From the NCBI RefSeq assembly GCF_032191835.1, contig NC_083225.1, positions 54,188,001 through 54,252,000 of the forward strand: 64,000 bases of DNA. The letters are read 5' to 3'. Below are positions 49,725-63,318 of the stretch, piece after piece. The position numbers and the translations under genes were made by a program. The stretch's first letter is position 1. Every line of letters begins with the position of its first letter. The stretch is from Heteronotia binoei. Taxonomy: Eukaryota. A model generated the notes under the pieces. It worked only from the letters and a program-made list of their open reading frames with translations. It was not told the origin of the DNA and made no database searches.

Positions 49725-49925
49725 ATAGGCCAGGATAGCCCAGTCTCGTCAGTTCTCAGAAGCTAAGCAGGGCTGGTCCTGGTCAGTATTTGGATGGGAG
49801 ACTACCAAGGAATAACCAGTGTTACTAGGCAGAGACAGGCAATGGCAAACCACCTCTGAACCTCTCTTGTCTTGAAAATCCTAGGTGGTCATCGTAAGTC
49901 AGCTGCGACGTATTAGTACTTTTCG
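49725..49925 (+). mobile_element. 5S-Sauria-like SINE
   Basis: ctcgtcagttctcagaagctaagcagggctggtcctggtcagtatttggatgggagac. Confidence 0.85.
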
Positions 49926-51374
49926 GTGTCACTAATTGAGATTTTAAATTGTTGGGTTTTATGTGCATTTTATAATGTTTTGTTTATATTGTAAGTTGCG
50001 AGGTAGGAAGGCATATCTTATAAATGTTTTAAATAAATAAATGATCGCAAGCATAGTGGGATTCAGTGCCACAAGCAGCTTTGTGAGTGGGTGAGAGATG
50101 GTGATCCTGGCCCTCCAAGTGAACTGCTATCAAGTCTCTTTGCTATATCTACTACTCCTAGGGGTGACAACTTCTGGGGAGAGAAATGTCCTGCTGCTTT
50201 AATCGAGGTTTAACAGGGTGCTATTTAAGGTCAGACCAGTCTTTGCCAGCATGCCATTAAAAGCTTCAACTGCCCATTTCCACACCTTGAAACCTCAATT
50301 AGAGAAAGGGACAGGATATTTTTCTCCAAACCTGTTGACAACCCAAGTTATGTATGCATTTATTTAGAACATATTCATGCTGCCTTTCCACCCAGCTCAG
50401 GTTTTCCAAGGTGGCAAACATTCAAAGCCATTAATGCAGCTTTTAAAAACACATGGTATAAAACCAATTAAAATCAATTAAGCAAACCACATAAACAAAA
50501 CACAAACTCACAAACAGGAAGGGGAAGTCTTTATCTGCTATTTGAAGGCAATGATCAAAGGAGACAAACTATTTCACTTCTTGTTGACAGTTTGGCGCAC
50601 AGTGCCACTCTTAAACTTGGCCCTGGACTCATAGTTGTTTGGATCTTCATTAGGGAACTAACATTTTAAAAATCCATATCTTTCGTAGCCCCATGAAAGT
50701 GTTGTAAAATGGGGATCCATTGGCTCCCACCCTCTTTAGGAGAGGATTAGGAAAGAAGTATGAGTTGCCTACACCATAAAAGTTTGCTGAAAGTAGTTGC
50801 GTTTGCTTATGAAAGATGTCACTTCTCCATGTTCAGACTAGCTTACTTACATTGCATGGCCAATCATGTGTCCACTCCCGGTACTCTGTTTCTGAAAGTT
50901 GTCCTGAATCCCCAATAATTCAGAAAGCTTATAGTAACTTGGAGTGCTAACAGAAGGTTTTATTTGTTCCCTTCTGTTCCATTCCAGCTTCTGACATCCT
51001 GTTATGTCCCAAAGATATTATTAAGGACACCCTGTACATTCCCTAGGCAGAGTGTCTGTGTCATTAGGAATGATGTCCTTTGACATTCTCGCCTGGAATA
51101 TTGTATGTCAGTGTGTTCAAGTTAAAAGGCTTCTGTTTGCAAGAGATGCTGATAATTCTTTAACTAGAGTCCTCCTTGAATTAAGAAAAGCAATAGCTGA
51201 CCATTTACAGAGATATCCTAACGTGGTATACTTTAAGACAATTTGAAGAAACTCTTTCCTTTCCCTCCTTCCTCCCTAATGAGTAGAAAATCTGGTCCAG
51301 AAAGGAACTCAAGGCCTAACAAGAAGCTGTACTGTGATGTTCTTTCAGTATTGCCTTATCTACCCTGTTGCCTT

Positions 51375-52009
51375 GGTCTGGAAACCAAATCCTACAGGGA
51401 AAGGCTGAAGGAGCTGAGTATGTTTAGTCTGGAGAAGAAACGACTGAGAGGTGATATGATCACTATCTTCAAGTACTTGAAGGGCTGTCCTATAGAGGAT
51501 GGTGTGCAGTTGTTTCCTGTTGCCCCAGAAGGTCGGACCAGAACTAAACGGTTAAAATTAAATCAGAAGAGTTTTTGATTAAACGTTAGGAAAAACTCCC
51601 TCACAGAGCAGTTCCTCAGTGGAACAGGCTTCCTCAGGGGGTGGTGGGGTCTCCTTCTTTGGAAGTTTTACACAGAGGCTGTGGCCATCTGACAGCAATG
51701 CTGATACTGTGAACTTAGGCAGATCATGAGAAGAGGAGGGCAGGAAGGGTTGCATCAGTGTTTTCATGGACCTTTCTTACATGCCCAATGAAATGCTGTT
51801 TGCTACTTTGGGGTCAGGCAGCAATTTTTCTCCAGACCAGTTTTGCCAGGGATCCTGGACTCCCCCTCCCCCTTCTGGGCTTGGAGCAGGGTTCACTGGA
51901 GGTATGCATAATGGGGAAGTACTTGTGATTTTTCTGCATTGTGCAGAGGGGGTTGGACTAGATGGCCCTGGTGGAGGTACCTTCCAAATCTTATCATTCT
52001 ATGATTCTA
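51375..52009 (+). mobile_element. CR1 3' fragment
   Basis: YRERLKELSMFSLEKKRLRGDMITIFKYLKG; ends attctatgattcta. Confidence 0.92.
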
Positions 52010-53199
52010 CTTCTTTCTCTGCCTCCTGTTGTGGCAGGAGACCTCCTGCTGGCAGTCCGCGCTTCCCCCTGGCATTCTGTTGCCTGGTAAAAGAAAAACT
52101 ATTTTTTAAATTGCCAAAGATGTGTTGCCAGGGAAACACAGAAGTGCCATAATGTTGCTCTAGTTTGCCCAAAACTCTATGGTTTAAAGCACCCCGCCCT
52201 TTGTCTCCACCCTCTTCCCTAGCACGGTGTGATTGATTGCATTATGCAGTTATTGGTGTGCTTTGAGCTGAAAGTGGTTGTTCAGGGCATTATTTGCAAA
52301 AGGGTTGTGGAAGTAAGACAAAACTGATGTTGCCTGCCAACTTTTTACTTACTCTGGCATTTTTCAGTGTCTGTTGAGTAACAACAGAAAAGAAAATAAC
52401 CATGAAAACATTTGTTTGTTTACATTAATTTGTATTCCACCCTTTCCCGCCAGCGGGCTCAAGGTGGATCACAACAAGAGTTAAAACAATTAAAAATGAC
52501 AAGCCAAAACCATTAAATACAATAAAACAAATAGTTCATATATCACAGGTGGTGGTTTCCATTGGGCGCATTCAATATCATGCTAGGCATTTAGATTTTT
52601 CGGAAATTGCAGTCTTTTTTATTTTAAAATGATGTTGTCAATGTTGGAAATGTATAATCCAAAGTAGTAATAGAAAGTATAAAAATAGTGTTAGAATGAT
52701 AACTTGGAATTTGCATTACAGGGTCAAGGATATCCAAATGAATATCTTGTGTGATATTTTTTATTGATACTGTTATCTGTGACCTAGTTATTACTCAACT
52801 TTGATAGTATGTTGAAGAATCCTGTGTTTTTTGCTTTGCTAATTGCAAATCATGTACTAATGTGGCCAGTTGGAATGCTTATAAGCTGCCTGGATCTTCT
52901 AAATAGTTCAGCGAGCCAAGGTCATGGAAAACTGGCATGCCAGTGTGTTCTCATGTTTATATTTCTTACACTACTCAATGTCACTTTGACCGAGACGTGA
53001 ATTAGGACTCTTTTTTAAAAGTTGTCTGGGAAGCTGTCCTGGGAAGATGGAATGTTTAGCTGTGCAGTCATAAAAACTTAACTATTTTAAAAGTTAATCA
53101 TATGAAATATAACTTTGATATTTGATAATTCTCAAAAAAAAATTCCACTCCTGTGTTTTTCCATGGATAATTTTCTGTCCTACATATGTGGATATATTT

Positions 53200-54130
53200 T
53201 AATTTAAAACATTTATTAGTTGCCTTTCTCCCTTGCAAAACTCAAGGTGGTTTACAATATAAATAAAATATTATTTATATTAAAATATTATAAAACAATA
53301 AAAGCCATAGAAGTCACAGTTTAAAAACTCCAATTAGGGCACCAATGATAAAAGCTAAATCAATCAAAAAGTAGTCCTAAGTAAAACTTTATTCAGCTGC
53401 CTCCTGAAGATTGACGGTGAAGGTCCAGGCGCATCTCCCCGGAGAAGTTGTTCCAAAATAAGGGGGTGCCACAGAAAAGGCCCTCTCTCATGTACCCACC
53501 AAGTGAGCACCGTAATTGGTTAGGAAGGCATCTCCCCACAATCTTAATTTTGGGGCAGGAATGTCTGGGAGAAGATGATCCTTTAGATACCCAGGTCTCA
53601 AGCAGTATAGGGCTCTGAAGAACAAAACCAACATCTTTAGTTGGGCTTAGAAGCAGATGGTTAGCCAGTGTAATTGCTGCAGCATTGGGATATATGCTTC
53701 TGATAACTGGCCCTGATCAGCAGTTTAGCCACAGCATTCTGCACTAGCTGCAGCCTCTGAACACTCATCAAGGGTAGCCCCAAGTGGAACACATTGCAGT
53801 AGTTGAGTATATGTTACTAGACATGGATCACTGTGGCAAGATATGACTGACTCAGGAATTTTAGCAGTTGATGCATCAGCTAGAGCTGGATAAATGCACT
53901 TCAAGCCAAGGCAGCCACCTAGTTTTCTAAAGTGAGTGCTGTGTTAGGCAACATTCCCAAGCTGCAATCCCGTATTATCAAGGGGAGTATAACCCCATCC
54001 AGGACATGAGAGATCTGAAGTCCCAGGTCTTAATTTCTATTAACCCAGAGAACCTCTGTCTTGTCAGAATTGTCTTGTTCACCCTCATCCAGCCCATTAC
54101 TGGTTCCAAGCACTGGTTCAGAACATCAGC
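53200..54130 (-). mobile_element. L2 LINE 3' ~0.9 kb, ending ~140 nt before exon 2
   Basis: Minus strand encodes WMRVNK..NSDKTEVLWV; same subfamily as 37258-38150. Confidence 0.8.
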
Positions 54131-54269
54131 ACTATTAATGATACTACTTGAATACAATGCTAAAAGAGAAATGTAACTTTAGGAAATGGCTGTGTTTTGA
54201 ATGTATCTGTGTGTAAATTTATTCTGTTCATTCAGAGGTTTCTAATCAGGTGCACTTCTTTTATTACAG

Positions 54270-54388
54270 CTTCCTGTAAATGCTCATTAATAGCACAACG
54301 GGCAGAACTCTGTACAGCGATGAAGAATTATCAACAAGCCCTTTATGATGCGGAGGCTCTCTGCCGAAATAAGCCCCACTGGCCCAAG
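54270..54388 (+). CDS. LONRF2: LONRF2 exon 2 (TPR: ASCKCSLIAQRAELCTAMKNYQQALYDAEALCRNKPHWPK)
   Basis: ttattacag| acceptor, AAG|gtatga donor, 119 nt, phase fits exon 1. Confidence 0.95.
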
Positions 54389-54864
54389 GTATGACATTTC
54401 TGAGTTGCTGAAAAAGGAAATTTGAGGCATATAAGAGAGAAGCTTTGTGTGCCTGTGACAACACAGGGATTTGTTTCTTATACAAGAAAGGTTATACGTC
54501 TACATGAAAAATGAAGTTTGTGGTAGAACCATTCAGTTCATCAGTTGAGCATTTCCTGTGCTATTTTATTTTGCTTGAGCATTGGTCTCTCTTTCTGCCA
54601 AAGCGTACAAAGAAAGGCATGAGTTTAGGTGTGATGGCAGGAAGTATTTAGCAGGTTATCAAAGTTTTAAAATAATTCTGTGAGTTACATTAACATTTGA
54701 GTTAATTTCTCTTGCCTTCACTAATGTTTGGCGTCCTTGCACAGAGTATTTCATATCCTCTTTTTTTAATGAAATGAAAAGCTTTTTAGAATTCATAGAT
54801 TATTTGGTAAATACATTATGGTTCATGGTCTTTGTGCTGAAATAAGTCTCTTACATGTATGCAG

Positions 54865-54987
54865 GGTCATTATGTGAAAGCACAAGCTCTTTCTGGATTA
54901 GGAAGGATTGAAGAAGCATTGAAGGAGTTTCTTTATTGTGTTGCCTTAAATCCTGAATGGAGCTCAATGAAGATGGAAGCCCAAAAG
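54865..54987 (+). CDS. LONRF2: LONRF2 exon 3 (GHYVKAQALSGLGRIEEALKEFLYCVALNPEWSSMKMEAQK)
   Basis: gcag| acceptor, AAG|gtactc donor, 123 nt; LONRF TPR signature. Confidence 0.96.
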
Positions 54988-55932
54988 GTACTCATTCTAC
55001 AAAAGTTTACACTTAACATACATTTTGTGTGTTATATTTGAAAATACTAATTTGACTAATGGTTTCCATGGTAAAGTCTGTGTACAGTTTTGATGTTAAA
55101 AGCTGACCACTAGCTAATGTTTTTATCTTGGGGACAGTTCATGATACTACCCACGGGGAATTATTATTGCTCTGGTAACTTAATTCATCCTAATGAAACC
55201 CCTTGGTGATTTATATAATCAAACAGTACATTATTCTCATCTCTTGATCTACAGCTGGCAGCCCTCAAGCTACATCCAACTTGCCACAGGCTTGCAAAAC
55301 AGGGAAGCACTCACATGTTCTCCAGTCTTTCCCTTGCAAATGCTGCTGCTATAGCTTTTCAACCAGCCTTCAGCAGCACCCCCAGTTTATTGTGAGGAAG
55401 CAATTGACTCAAGAAGTACATGTTTCCTGGTTACAACAGAGGCTTTAGGAGTGGGCTTTCAGATGAGATTGTCATGCATTTTGGCCGTCTTCTCGGTTTA
55501 TCCTGGCTTTGCTTTATTTCTCCTCAAGCCTGTTTTTCTGCATCTGGGGAAAAAGTCCTTCCCATGTGTTACTTTTCTTTACCTTCCATTGCTTTAGATG
55601 GGAGCACAAGTGCTTATGCAGAAGCAACCAGAAAGGGAAGATGAGGATGGATGGTTTCTCTGTCTTCTCCTGTCTGTGGTCTCTTTTGACAACCATAGCA
55701 TGTGATTGTGACATATCGGGGGGGGGGGGGTTCTAAAGTCTCTGATATATCCAGGAATTATGATGAACTGTGTTTCATTGCCCTGGTTCTTATTCCTTTG
55801 CATGATCAAGCAACTGAGCTATGTGGTACATATACCCCTTTTTCTGTAGTGGCTTTCGTTTGCAGATTATTCTGCACATAGCTTGCTTTATGTAACAATA
55901 CTCTTATATTTGTGCATTTTTTCTTTGTCTAG

Positions 55933-56094
55933 ATAATGTGTGAGATGTTCTTTCCAGCCTTTGAAAATGTGCACGATACTCTAACAACTCCTTTTTGCAA
56001 TCGTACCTCTTATACAAGGCTGAAGCCTGCATTTCTAAGTAGCATAAATACTCAGTCTTCTGCAGAGGATGGGCTAACTGAAGAGAGCTCAAAG
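55933..56094 (+). CDS. LONRF2: LONRF2 exon 4 (IMCEMFFPAFENVHDTLTT...EESSK)
   Basis: tttgtctag| acceptor, AAG|gtgagg donor, 162 nt open; resembles recalled VMCEVLFSATANVHENLT. Confidence 0.9.
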
Positions 56095-56704
56095 GTGAGG
56101 TTTTGAACAAACATGCTTTTAAAAAGCAGGAGGAGGAAGGGGATCCTAAACTTCTTGCTTAACTTGCATTACTGGAGCTTTTGCTGTCTTTATTGGTTCA
56201 GAGTGCAGTGTTCAGAAGTACCTTGTTTTCCCAAACTGGCTAACATGGGAGCTGAATACACAAAATAATATATGTTTCTCAAACAAAGTTTATGAATGAC
56301 AAAGAATAGAATAATGCCTGTTGTGATTAAATAATGTTAAAGTTACATATTTGGGTGATCCATCTAAAACATACCAGGGAAGCTTGCAGTTCATACAGAC
56401 TCCAGTAAAGTTAGAGTAGGAGGAACAGGTACAAGCTGAACATTTGGGGCTTCCAGTAATTCCACATATGAAGCTCTGAAGGAACAGCTGTTGTATTGAT
56501 TTTTGTGTTGAAAAATGATCTGTATATTAATTCCAGTTGAGGAATCAAGGAATAAGCAGTCAATATTTGTCCTGGCATAAATCCAGGAGTCTGGCATAGG
56601 TCCTAGTGCTGTCATTCTTAAGTCTGATGTTAGATGTTGAAAGTATTTATTGCAAAAACAAAAAAAGCAATAAAACAAATCTGAGTCATATTTTCTTATT
56701 TCAG

Positions 56705-56927
56705 GAGACTGTCTTGAGGTTAACAAAAACCCCATCCCAAGATACTGATGTCTTTCGAAATACTGATTCTTCTGTTTCCCAACATATACTGGATTTGTAT
56801 TTTGAAGATAAAAAAACTCTGGGAACAGTCCTCTATAATCTACCTGGTGCAAGCTTAAAAAGGAAGTTCTCTAGTGATGTGGGAGATTTACAGAACATAG
56901 ATGTCCCTAGCAAAATTCCTAGAAAAG
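56705..56927 (+). CDS. LONRF2: LONRF2 exon 5 (linker; ETVLRL...LKRKFSSDV...SKIPRK)
   Basis: tttcag| acceptor, AAAG|gttggt donor, 223 nt, phase 1. Confidence 0.9.
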
Positions 56928-57484
56928 GTTGGTTTCTGAATGGCTTTTTTTCTGTTTGGTTTCTTTTTTTTAATGCAAGGTTACATACCATTTTGATTCT
57001 TCTAAAAAGCTTCACAGATAGTGTCAGCAATTTCTGTTCTAATTTGAGTAAGCTATAGTGCTTGAATATGTATAATTTATACAAGGTTCGGTTGAGGCAG
57101 CCTATGAATTTTCTAATGTTTCACAATAGAATTCGGGGGGTTGTATAGTTTAAAATGTGAGCAGGGCATATGAGGCCACACCCCAACACAAGCCAGCCAG
57201 AACTGTATTCCTGTGCTTTCCTGCTAAAAAAAAGCCATGAATGTAACTGTGTATGTGTTTATGTTTATGTATATATAATTTTAAATACTTTTGGATATAA
57301 GATATAAGAACCAGCTGTTGAACTGGACATATATATTTAGTATCCAAACCCTTATTTCTTGTGAGGAGCAATTTGAAACCATTATTCAGTTGTAGGTATT
57401 CATTCTAGAGCAGTGTTAATTTGTATGCTGTGTTTTTCATCCAGTTGTGTAGCACATCTTTTGTGCTGCAGCTGTACCCTAAAT

Positions 57485-57620
57485 CAGGGGTGGCCAACTG
57501 TAGCTCTCCAGATGTTTTTTGCCTACAGCTCCCATCAGCCCCAGCCATTGGCCATGCTGGCTGGGGCTGATGGGAGTTGTAGGCAAAAAACATCTGGAGA
57601 GCTACCGTTGGCCACCCCTG
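57485..57620. mobile_element. Second copy of the palindromic hAT MITE (136 bp)
   Basis: CAGGGGTGGCCAAC...GTTGGCCACCCCTG; exact TSD CCCTAAAT. Confidence 0.95.
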
Positions 57621-57989
57621 CCCTAAATTAAAGGGCAATGGTGACAAGAGTGGAAGTACATCAGAATGTTATTAACATCAGAATGTTATTAGCACCAACT
57701 GTTTTAAATTGTTTTAAATGTAATTGATTTTATTATGATGATGCACCAACGTGTTAGTCTCTTATTGTTTTATTATTGTTGTTGAGCCTACCTTGGTGGG
57801 GAGAGCGGGGTATAAATTTAATAAAACCTAAACCTAAACTTATCAGTGGGAGCAGTAGGGCCCTCCTTCAAGCCAGGTTCTGTTTGGTCACCTGCTGCAA
57901 GCTGTACCTTTGGCTCTCTGTCACTGCCCAGTCTTATTTTGCTGTTATTTTTCTCTATCATTTGTGAAGTTTGGGGAAATTCCTGGCTT

Positions 57990-58650
57990 AATTTAACATG
58001 GCCTGAACATGAGCAGTGTAAATTGTTGCTGTTAAAGGGTGAAAGATTTATGCAACACACCTTTAAGTTATCAATCTAACTCGAACAAGGACTTAAATAT
58101 AACATTAGATAGCACACAATGGGGAAACGTCTGGACCTCAATTACATCTTTAACAAAATCTTCAAATGATGTTTCATAAAATTATCTCCCAAGTGTTGGA
58201 GATGTTCAGATCCTAAAGGCACTTATTTGCACCAATGGTGGGAGTGCAGAGTGATCCAGCCATTCTGGCAGTCGGTGTTTAAGCAAATTCAAATGATCTT
58301 GGGACTGTTGATTCCAGAGACTCCATCTATAGCTTTCTTGCACATTTGGCATGAGAATCATGTCCCCTGTGAAATAAGACAATTAGTCTCATTTCTTATG
58401 GCAGACAAACATCTAATTGCTTTGCAATAGAAGAATACTACACCTCCTACCATCAATCAATGGTATAAAAAATCTGGGACTATTTTATATTTGATAAAAT
58501 TGCTGAAAATATGAATGAATCAGAAAGCAGTCCTGCCTCCTACCTAGAAAAATGACTTCCATTTTTGGAGAAAGAACAAACCATCTCATTGTTGAGCCAA
58601 TCTAGACAATCACATCCTTCACTCAATGTTTTAGCCCACTTCTGACTTGA
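57990..58650 (+). mobile_element. L1/Tx1-like ORF2 C-terminal fragment
   Basis: Zinc knuckle CWRCSDPKGTYLHQWWEC...PFW; TPPTINQW. Confidence 0.8.
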
Positions 58651-58695
58651 TAATTATTATTTATAGATTATAAATTGGTTGTATTTTTAATTATA

Positions 58696-58763
<68 letters not shown>
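58696..58763. repeat. Compound (GT)n(AT)n microsatellite
   Basis: Read directly. Confidence 0.95.
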
Positions 58764-58768
<5 letters not shown>

Positions 58769-58922
58769 GTTGCTGTTTAACAAATAATATATATTAAAAA
58801 TAATAAATTGTTGCTGTTTAAATTTAATCATGAGTTAAGTGAATTGCTAGTCCTACTGATTTTTAATTTTTAATATTTTTAAAAAATTCTAACCATCTTC
58901 TGGTTTGTTTTGTTTTTCAAAG

Positions 58923-59019
58923 ATGGGAATACTACTTGTACAAACACCACTCTTCCCTTAAAAGTGATACCTGCAAACCTCGTTGATGCGTCTGACTTTG
59001 AGTGTTCCCTCTGTATGAG
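58923..59019 (+). CDS. LONRF2: LONRF2 exon 6 (ends DASDFECSLCM, start of RING 2)
   Basis: tttttcaaag| acceptor, AG|gtattt donor, 97 nt. Confidence 0.94.
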
Positions 59020-60331
59020 GTATTTTGAGCAAGAAGTGAGAAACAGTCTAAATTTTGCTTGAAACGAATATCAGGGCATTGTGGAAAGAAGCAGGTTCTT
59101 CTGTAAATTTCAGAAACCCTCTACCAACTTCGCAGAAGATCCTATATGAACTAATTTGCTTTAATTTATTATTTGAAAGCAGACTTCATAACATGGTATC
59201 TTTAGCTAAGAAATGCAAGTTTGTTTTTGTGGTGGACTGGGCTTGTGTCAGCTGGCGGGCTCTGACTCTTCCTACCTCTCCTTGAATTCTGACTTGAAGA
59301 GGCCATTCCACTCCACTGCCTCAGGGTATTGCTGTTACCACCGTCCCTGTCTTGGGCTCTGGTTAAGTAGGACAGGCTCCTAACCTCCCTCCTGTACCAC
59401 TAGGAACCCTCCTCATGCTTCCAAGGGACCTTTGGGGCTCCCCTGGAGAGTTGGTAACTGGCCATTTTACAACTTTTCTTCTTCCTAGGGATTCCCTGAT
59501 CCATCCTAGTGTTTCAAAGCAGTTGGAGGGAAGTATATAGTACGGAGGGACTTCACTCAACAGTTAAAAGATTTATGTAAAAAAACTATTTACAGGCATA
59601 TCAAAAGTGAATGAAAGAAATAAAATAACATAGGCAAAAGTGGTCTCTCTTTCACCCTACTATAAACTCCTATCCTATCTAGATGGCATGCAGGCCAGGC
59701 ACCCTACTTAGTTACTCTTGGGTAAGCTGGTCAAACATATTCCCCCAAATGGCCACCAACTCTGGCCCAGGATCAGGCTCTGTCTGTTGCAAGCTCCAAC
59801 CAATGACTGACAGGCTTCCCTCCAAAAACTCAATAATATAAACAGCAGGAACTGCATCTCTCCTGCAGCATTCTGGGGCATATCTCCTCTAACCTTGAGG
59901 GATTTCCTGTCCTCTCTAGGGGGTTGTCCTCAAATTACTGGCTACAAACAGGCAGGGAGGAGGGAAGGAGGAGACTAGGTCAAGGCCTACCTAAAGTTTG
60001 ATAGTCTTCTCCCATCCAACTCACAGATGGTTAAACCCACACACATCTCCATAGTTTTTATAGTATGTGGACATAAGGAACTTGCATGATAATATATGAC
60101 ATAAAATCAGAAGGAGGGGCTTACTCAGTCATATGACTTAGGAAATTTAGTTTCCCCCCAATAAAAAGTATAATTATGGATTTATATGTGCACAGGTGTA
60201 TGAATGATTACTCCTGGTATTTCTTGGACTGTTGCTCATATCTCTCATGTAATTGCACACACTTCTATAAACATGAAAATAGTTATGGAGGGAAAGTTTT
60301 GCTTTAGATGTAATTATGAATTAACTTTTAA

Positions 60332-60517
<186 letters not shown>

Positions 60518-60529
60518 TAAAAACACTAC

Positions 60530-60870
60530 TGTTGGATAAAGCCAATGATCTGTCAAGTCCAACATGCCATTTGCACAGTGGCCAGCTAGATGACCCACAG
60601 TAGGGAATCAGATGCCAAATAGTTCCCCTATTGCAGCTCCCTAGCAGCTGCGGTCCCATTTATCTACCACAGCTAATAGCTACTGATGGAACAGTCTTCC
60701 ATAAATTTGTCCAGCACTCTCTTAAAGCTGTCTGACCTTGTGGGCATCACTACATATTGCTGCAGTGATTTACAAAAGTTGTTTGAGAAAATACTTCCTT
60801 TTGTCTCTCCTGAATCTATTGCCCATTCACTACATTAGGTGCCCTTGAGTTCTGGTCTGTTGGGATAGAG
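60530..60870 (-). mobile_element. CR1 3' fragment (second subfamily)
   Basis: Reverse complement of a CR1 ORF2 end and 3'UTR (gctaatagctactgatgga...ctcttaaagctgtc). Confidence 0.65.
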
Positions 60871-61134
60871 GAAAATACCTGCACATAGGAAGGCAATCAG
60901 AAGCTCAGCATGGATGGTTATGCAGCCATTACAGATATTGCTAAGGGTTCCTCTCCCTGTGCTGAGTGTCAAAGCAGGGCCATTTTCTTCCTTTCCATCT
61001 AATTCCTGCAATGGTTTCAGTTCCAAAGGGAAGAAAAAGAAAGCTCTCCACACTTTGGACCCCCCCCCCTCCAATCTTATTGTGGGGGCTGTTATGTTTT
61101 TTGCTCAGGGGATAAATGTGACAAGACTTCCTAA

Positions 61135-61281
<147 letters not shown>

Positions 61282-61485
61282 TAAGCAAACTTGCTACAAA
61301 AATATACTGATAAAAATTAACAAGTTAGTTTAAATATCAACTACTTATTTGTGTGCACACATAACTCTTTGAAAGGTTCTTGCAACACCAGCATATTTAC
61401 AGCTGAGCAAAATGGTTTGTCTGGGTCACTTGAGTCTAGACATTGGCTTGGTTTACACAGGAGCCTCTGAACTGGACTTCTGTAC

Positions 61486-61653
61486 AGAAAAGAGCAAGAG
61501 TCCAGTAGCACCTTAAAGGCTTACAACATTTGAGGCTGGATACGAGCAGTGACTCGTTAAAGCTACGTATGTTGTTATTCTTTAAGGTGCTGCTGGACTC
61601 CTGCTCTTCTCTGCTGCTACAGTTGGACTGATGTGGCCATTCATCTTGATCTA
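61486..61653. mobile_element. Penelope-type palindromic remnant
   Basis: Arms agagcaagagtccagtagcaccttaaag / ctttaaggtgctgctggactcctgctct. Confidence 0.7.
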
Positions 61654-62194
61654 TCTTCTTGGATCCCACAGTTAAGCTCTGTTGACAGAAGTGATTTCCT
61701 GTATGAGAGCTAGACTTCTTGCTTCCCTTCAAAATGCTGCTCCTGGGAGGCAGGAAACATTCCAAGAACCTCCAAGGCACAGCACAGTGTGTGTGGGAGG
61801 AAACAGAGGTCTGCAGTGGCGGGGGGTGGGGCAGAATGGGGGCAGGAATATGTCCATCTCCTTCTCTATTGCTGGAAATTTTCTGTGGGATCTAATTCAT
61901 AAGAGACTGATTCACAAATGCCCATGAATTGGATATGCCAAAGCATGCTTTGTAAGGGTAGAAAACCACCAAATCAACAGGTGAAGCACTTCCATTTTAT
62001 TGATCACTTTGCTGGGCAAGGTTTTACCTATTCATTTCTGTTTTTCACCAGCCTTAGTCTGAAATATAGTGACATCATTGCCATGACATAGTGTTAACCA
62101 TTTTTGTGGTGGAGGGAGGAAATACATATAATGTGCTCACAAGTGTGAAAAGTTGTATACAAATCCCATGTACATATGAATACAAAGAACTTGA

Positions 62195-62380
<186 letters not shown>

Positions 62381-62568
62381 TAAGCAAAGGATTTGGAACC
62401 ACACTGGCAAGTGTTGAATTTCTGTAAGAGAAAGTGCCAAGGTCTAAGTGGAAGGAATGTCTTCTAGTTTGAATGTTCTTCCAGTTCCTAGTGGTGTGTA
62501 CTGGCTGTGGTACCTTAACAGAATAGGAAAAAACGTTCCGTTCATACACAGGGGCATTATGCTGTTCA

Positions 62569-62774
62569 GGGAGAAGCCATGGCTCAGTGGTAGATCATCT
62601 TTTTGGCATGGAGAAGGTCCTTGGGTCAATCCTCAGCTTCTCCACTTAAAAGGACCAGGCAGTATTTGTGAAAGCCTAAGATCCTGGAGAGCTGCTATCA
62701 GTCTGAGTAGACAACACGGAATTTGATGGACTAGCGGTCTGATTCAGCATAAGGCACCTTCATGGGTTCATGTG
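62569..62774 (+). mobile_element. tRNA-derived SINE (Squam3-like)
   Basis: A-box tggctcagtgg; degenerate B-box gggtcaatcc; tail ctgattcagcataaggcaccttcatg. Confidence 0.75.
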
Positions 62775-63019
62775 TACTTCCCAGTGTACTGAGCTATAAT
62801 AATTTTAATGAGGCTCAGTGGCTGCTTTGGTATGTTCTGGTTTAAGTTAGGCTTTATTTCTTGGATGGTATGCTGTAGCTTGGATTTCTCCAGATATTTT
62901 TGGCCCTTTGAGTCTTTGCTGACACTTGTGGAGTATAAATTGCACCTTTGTAATAAATGTAATTTTTTTTTTGCCTTCAAGTCACAGCTGGCTTATAGCA
63001 ACCCTGTAGGGTTACCAAA

Positions 63020-63318
63020 AGAGCCCCATGGCGCAGAATGGTAAAGCTGCAGTACTGCAGTCGGAGCCCACTGCTCACAACCTGAGTTCGATCCCACCAG
63101 AAGCTGGTTCAGGTAGCCAGCTCCAGGTTGACTCAGCCTTCCATCCGTCTGAGGTCGATAAAATGAGTACCCAGCTTGCTGGGGGGAAAGTGTAGATGAC
63201 TTGGGAAGGCAATGGCAAACCACCCTGTAAAAAGTCTGCCGTGAAAACGTTGTGAAAGCAACATCACCCCAGAGTCAGAAATGACTGGTGCTTGCACAGA
63301 GGACTACCTTTACCTTTT
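63020..63318 (+). mobile_element. Full-length Sauria SINE nested in a minus-strand 5S-Sauria-like SINE (~62975-63478)
   Basis: 12-bp TSD TAGGGTTACCAA at 63007-18 and 63319-30. Confidence 0.9.

Noticed and set aside
49725-49830. 5S rRNA gene
   Set aside because: Diverged, fused to a BovB-type tail and present in dispersed copies, so a SINE head. The tRNA-like heads at 62569 and 63020 are likewise SINEs.
56928-57058. In-frame extension of exon 5 into intron 5 (hydrophobic 43 aa)
   Set aside because: T-rich intronic sequence; exon 6 continues in the correct phase from the 56927 donor.
59333-60045. Possible second solo LTR
   Set aside because: LTR-like composition and a TGT start, but no matching terminal inverted repeat or TSD could be found.
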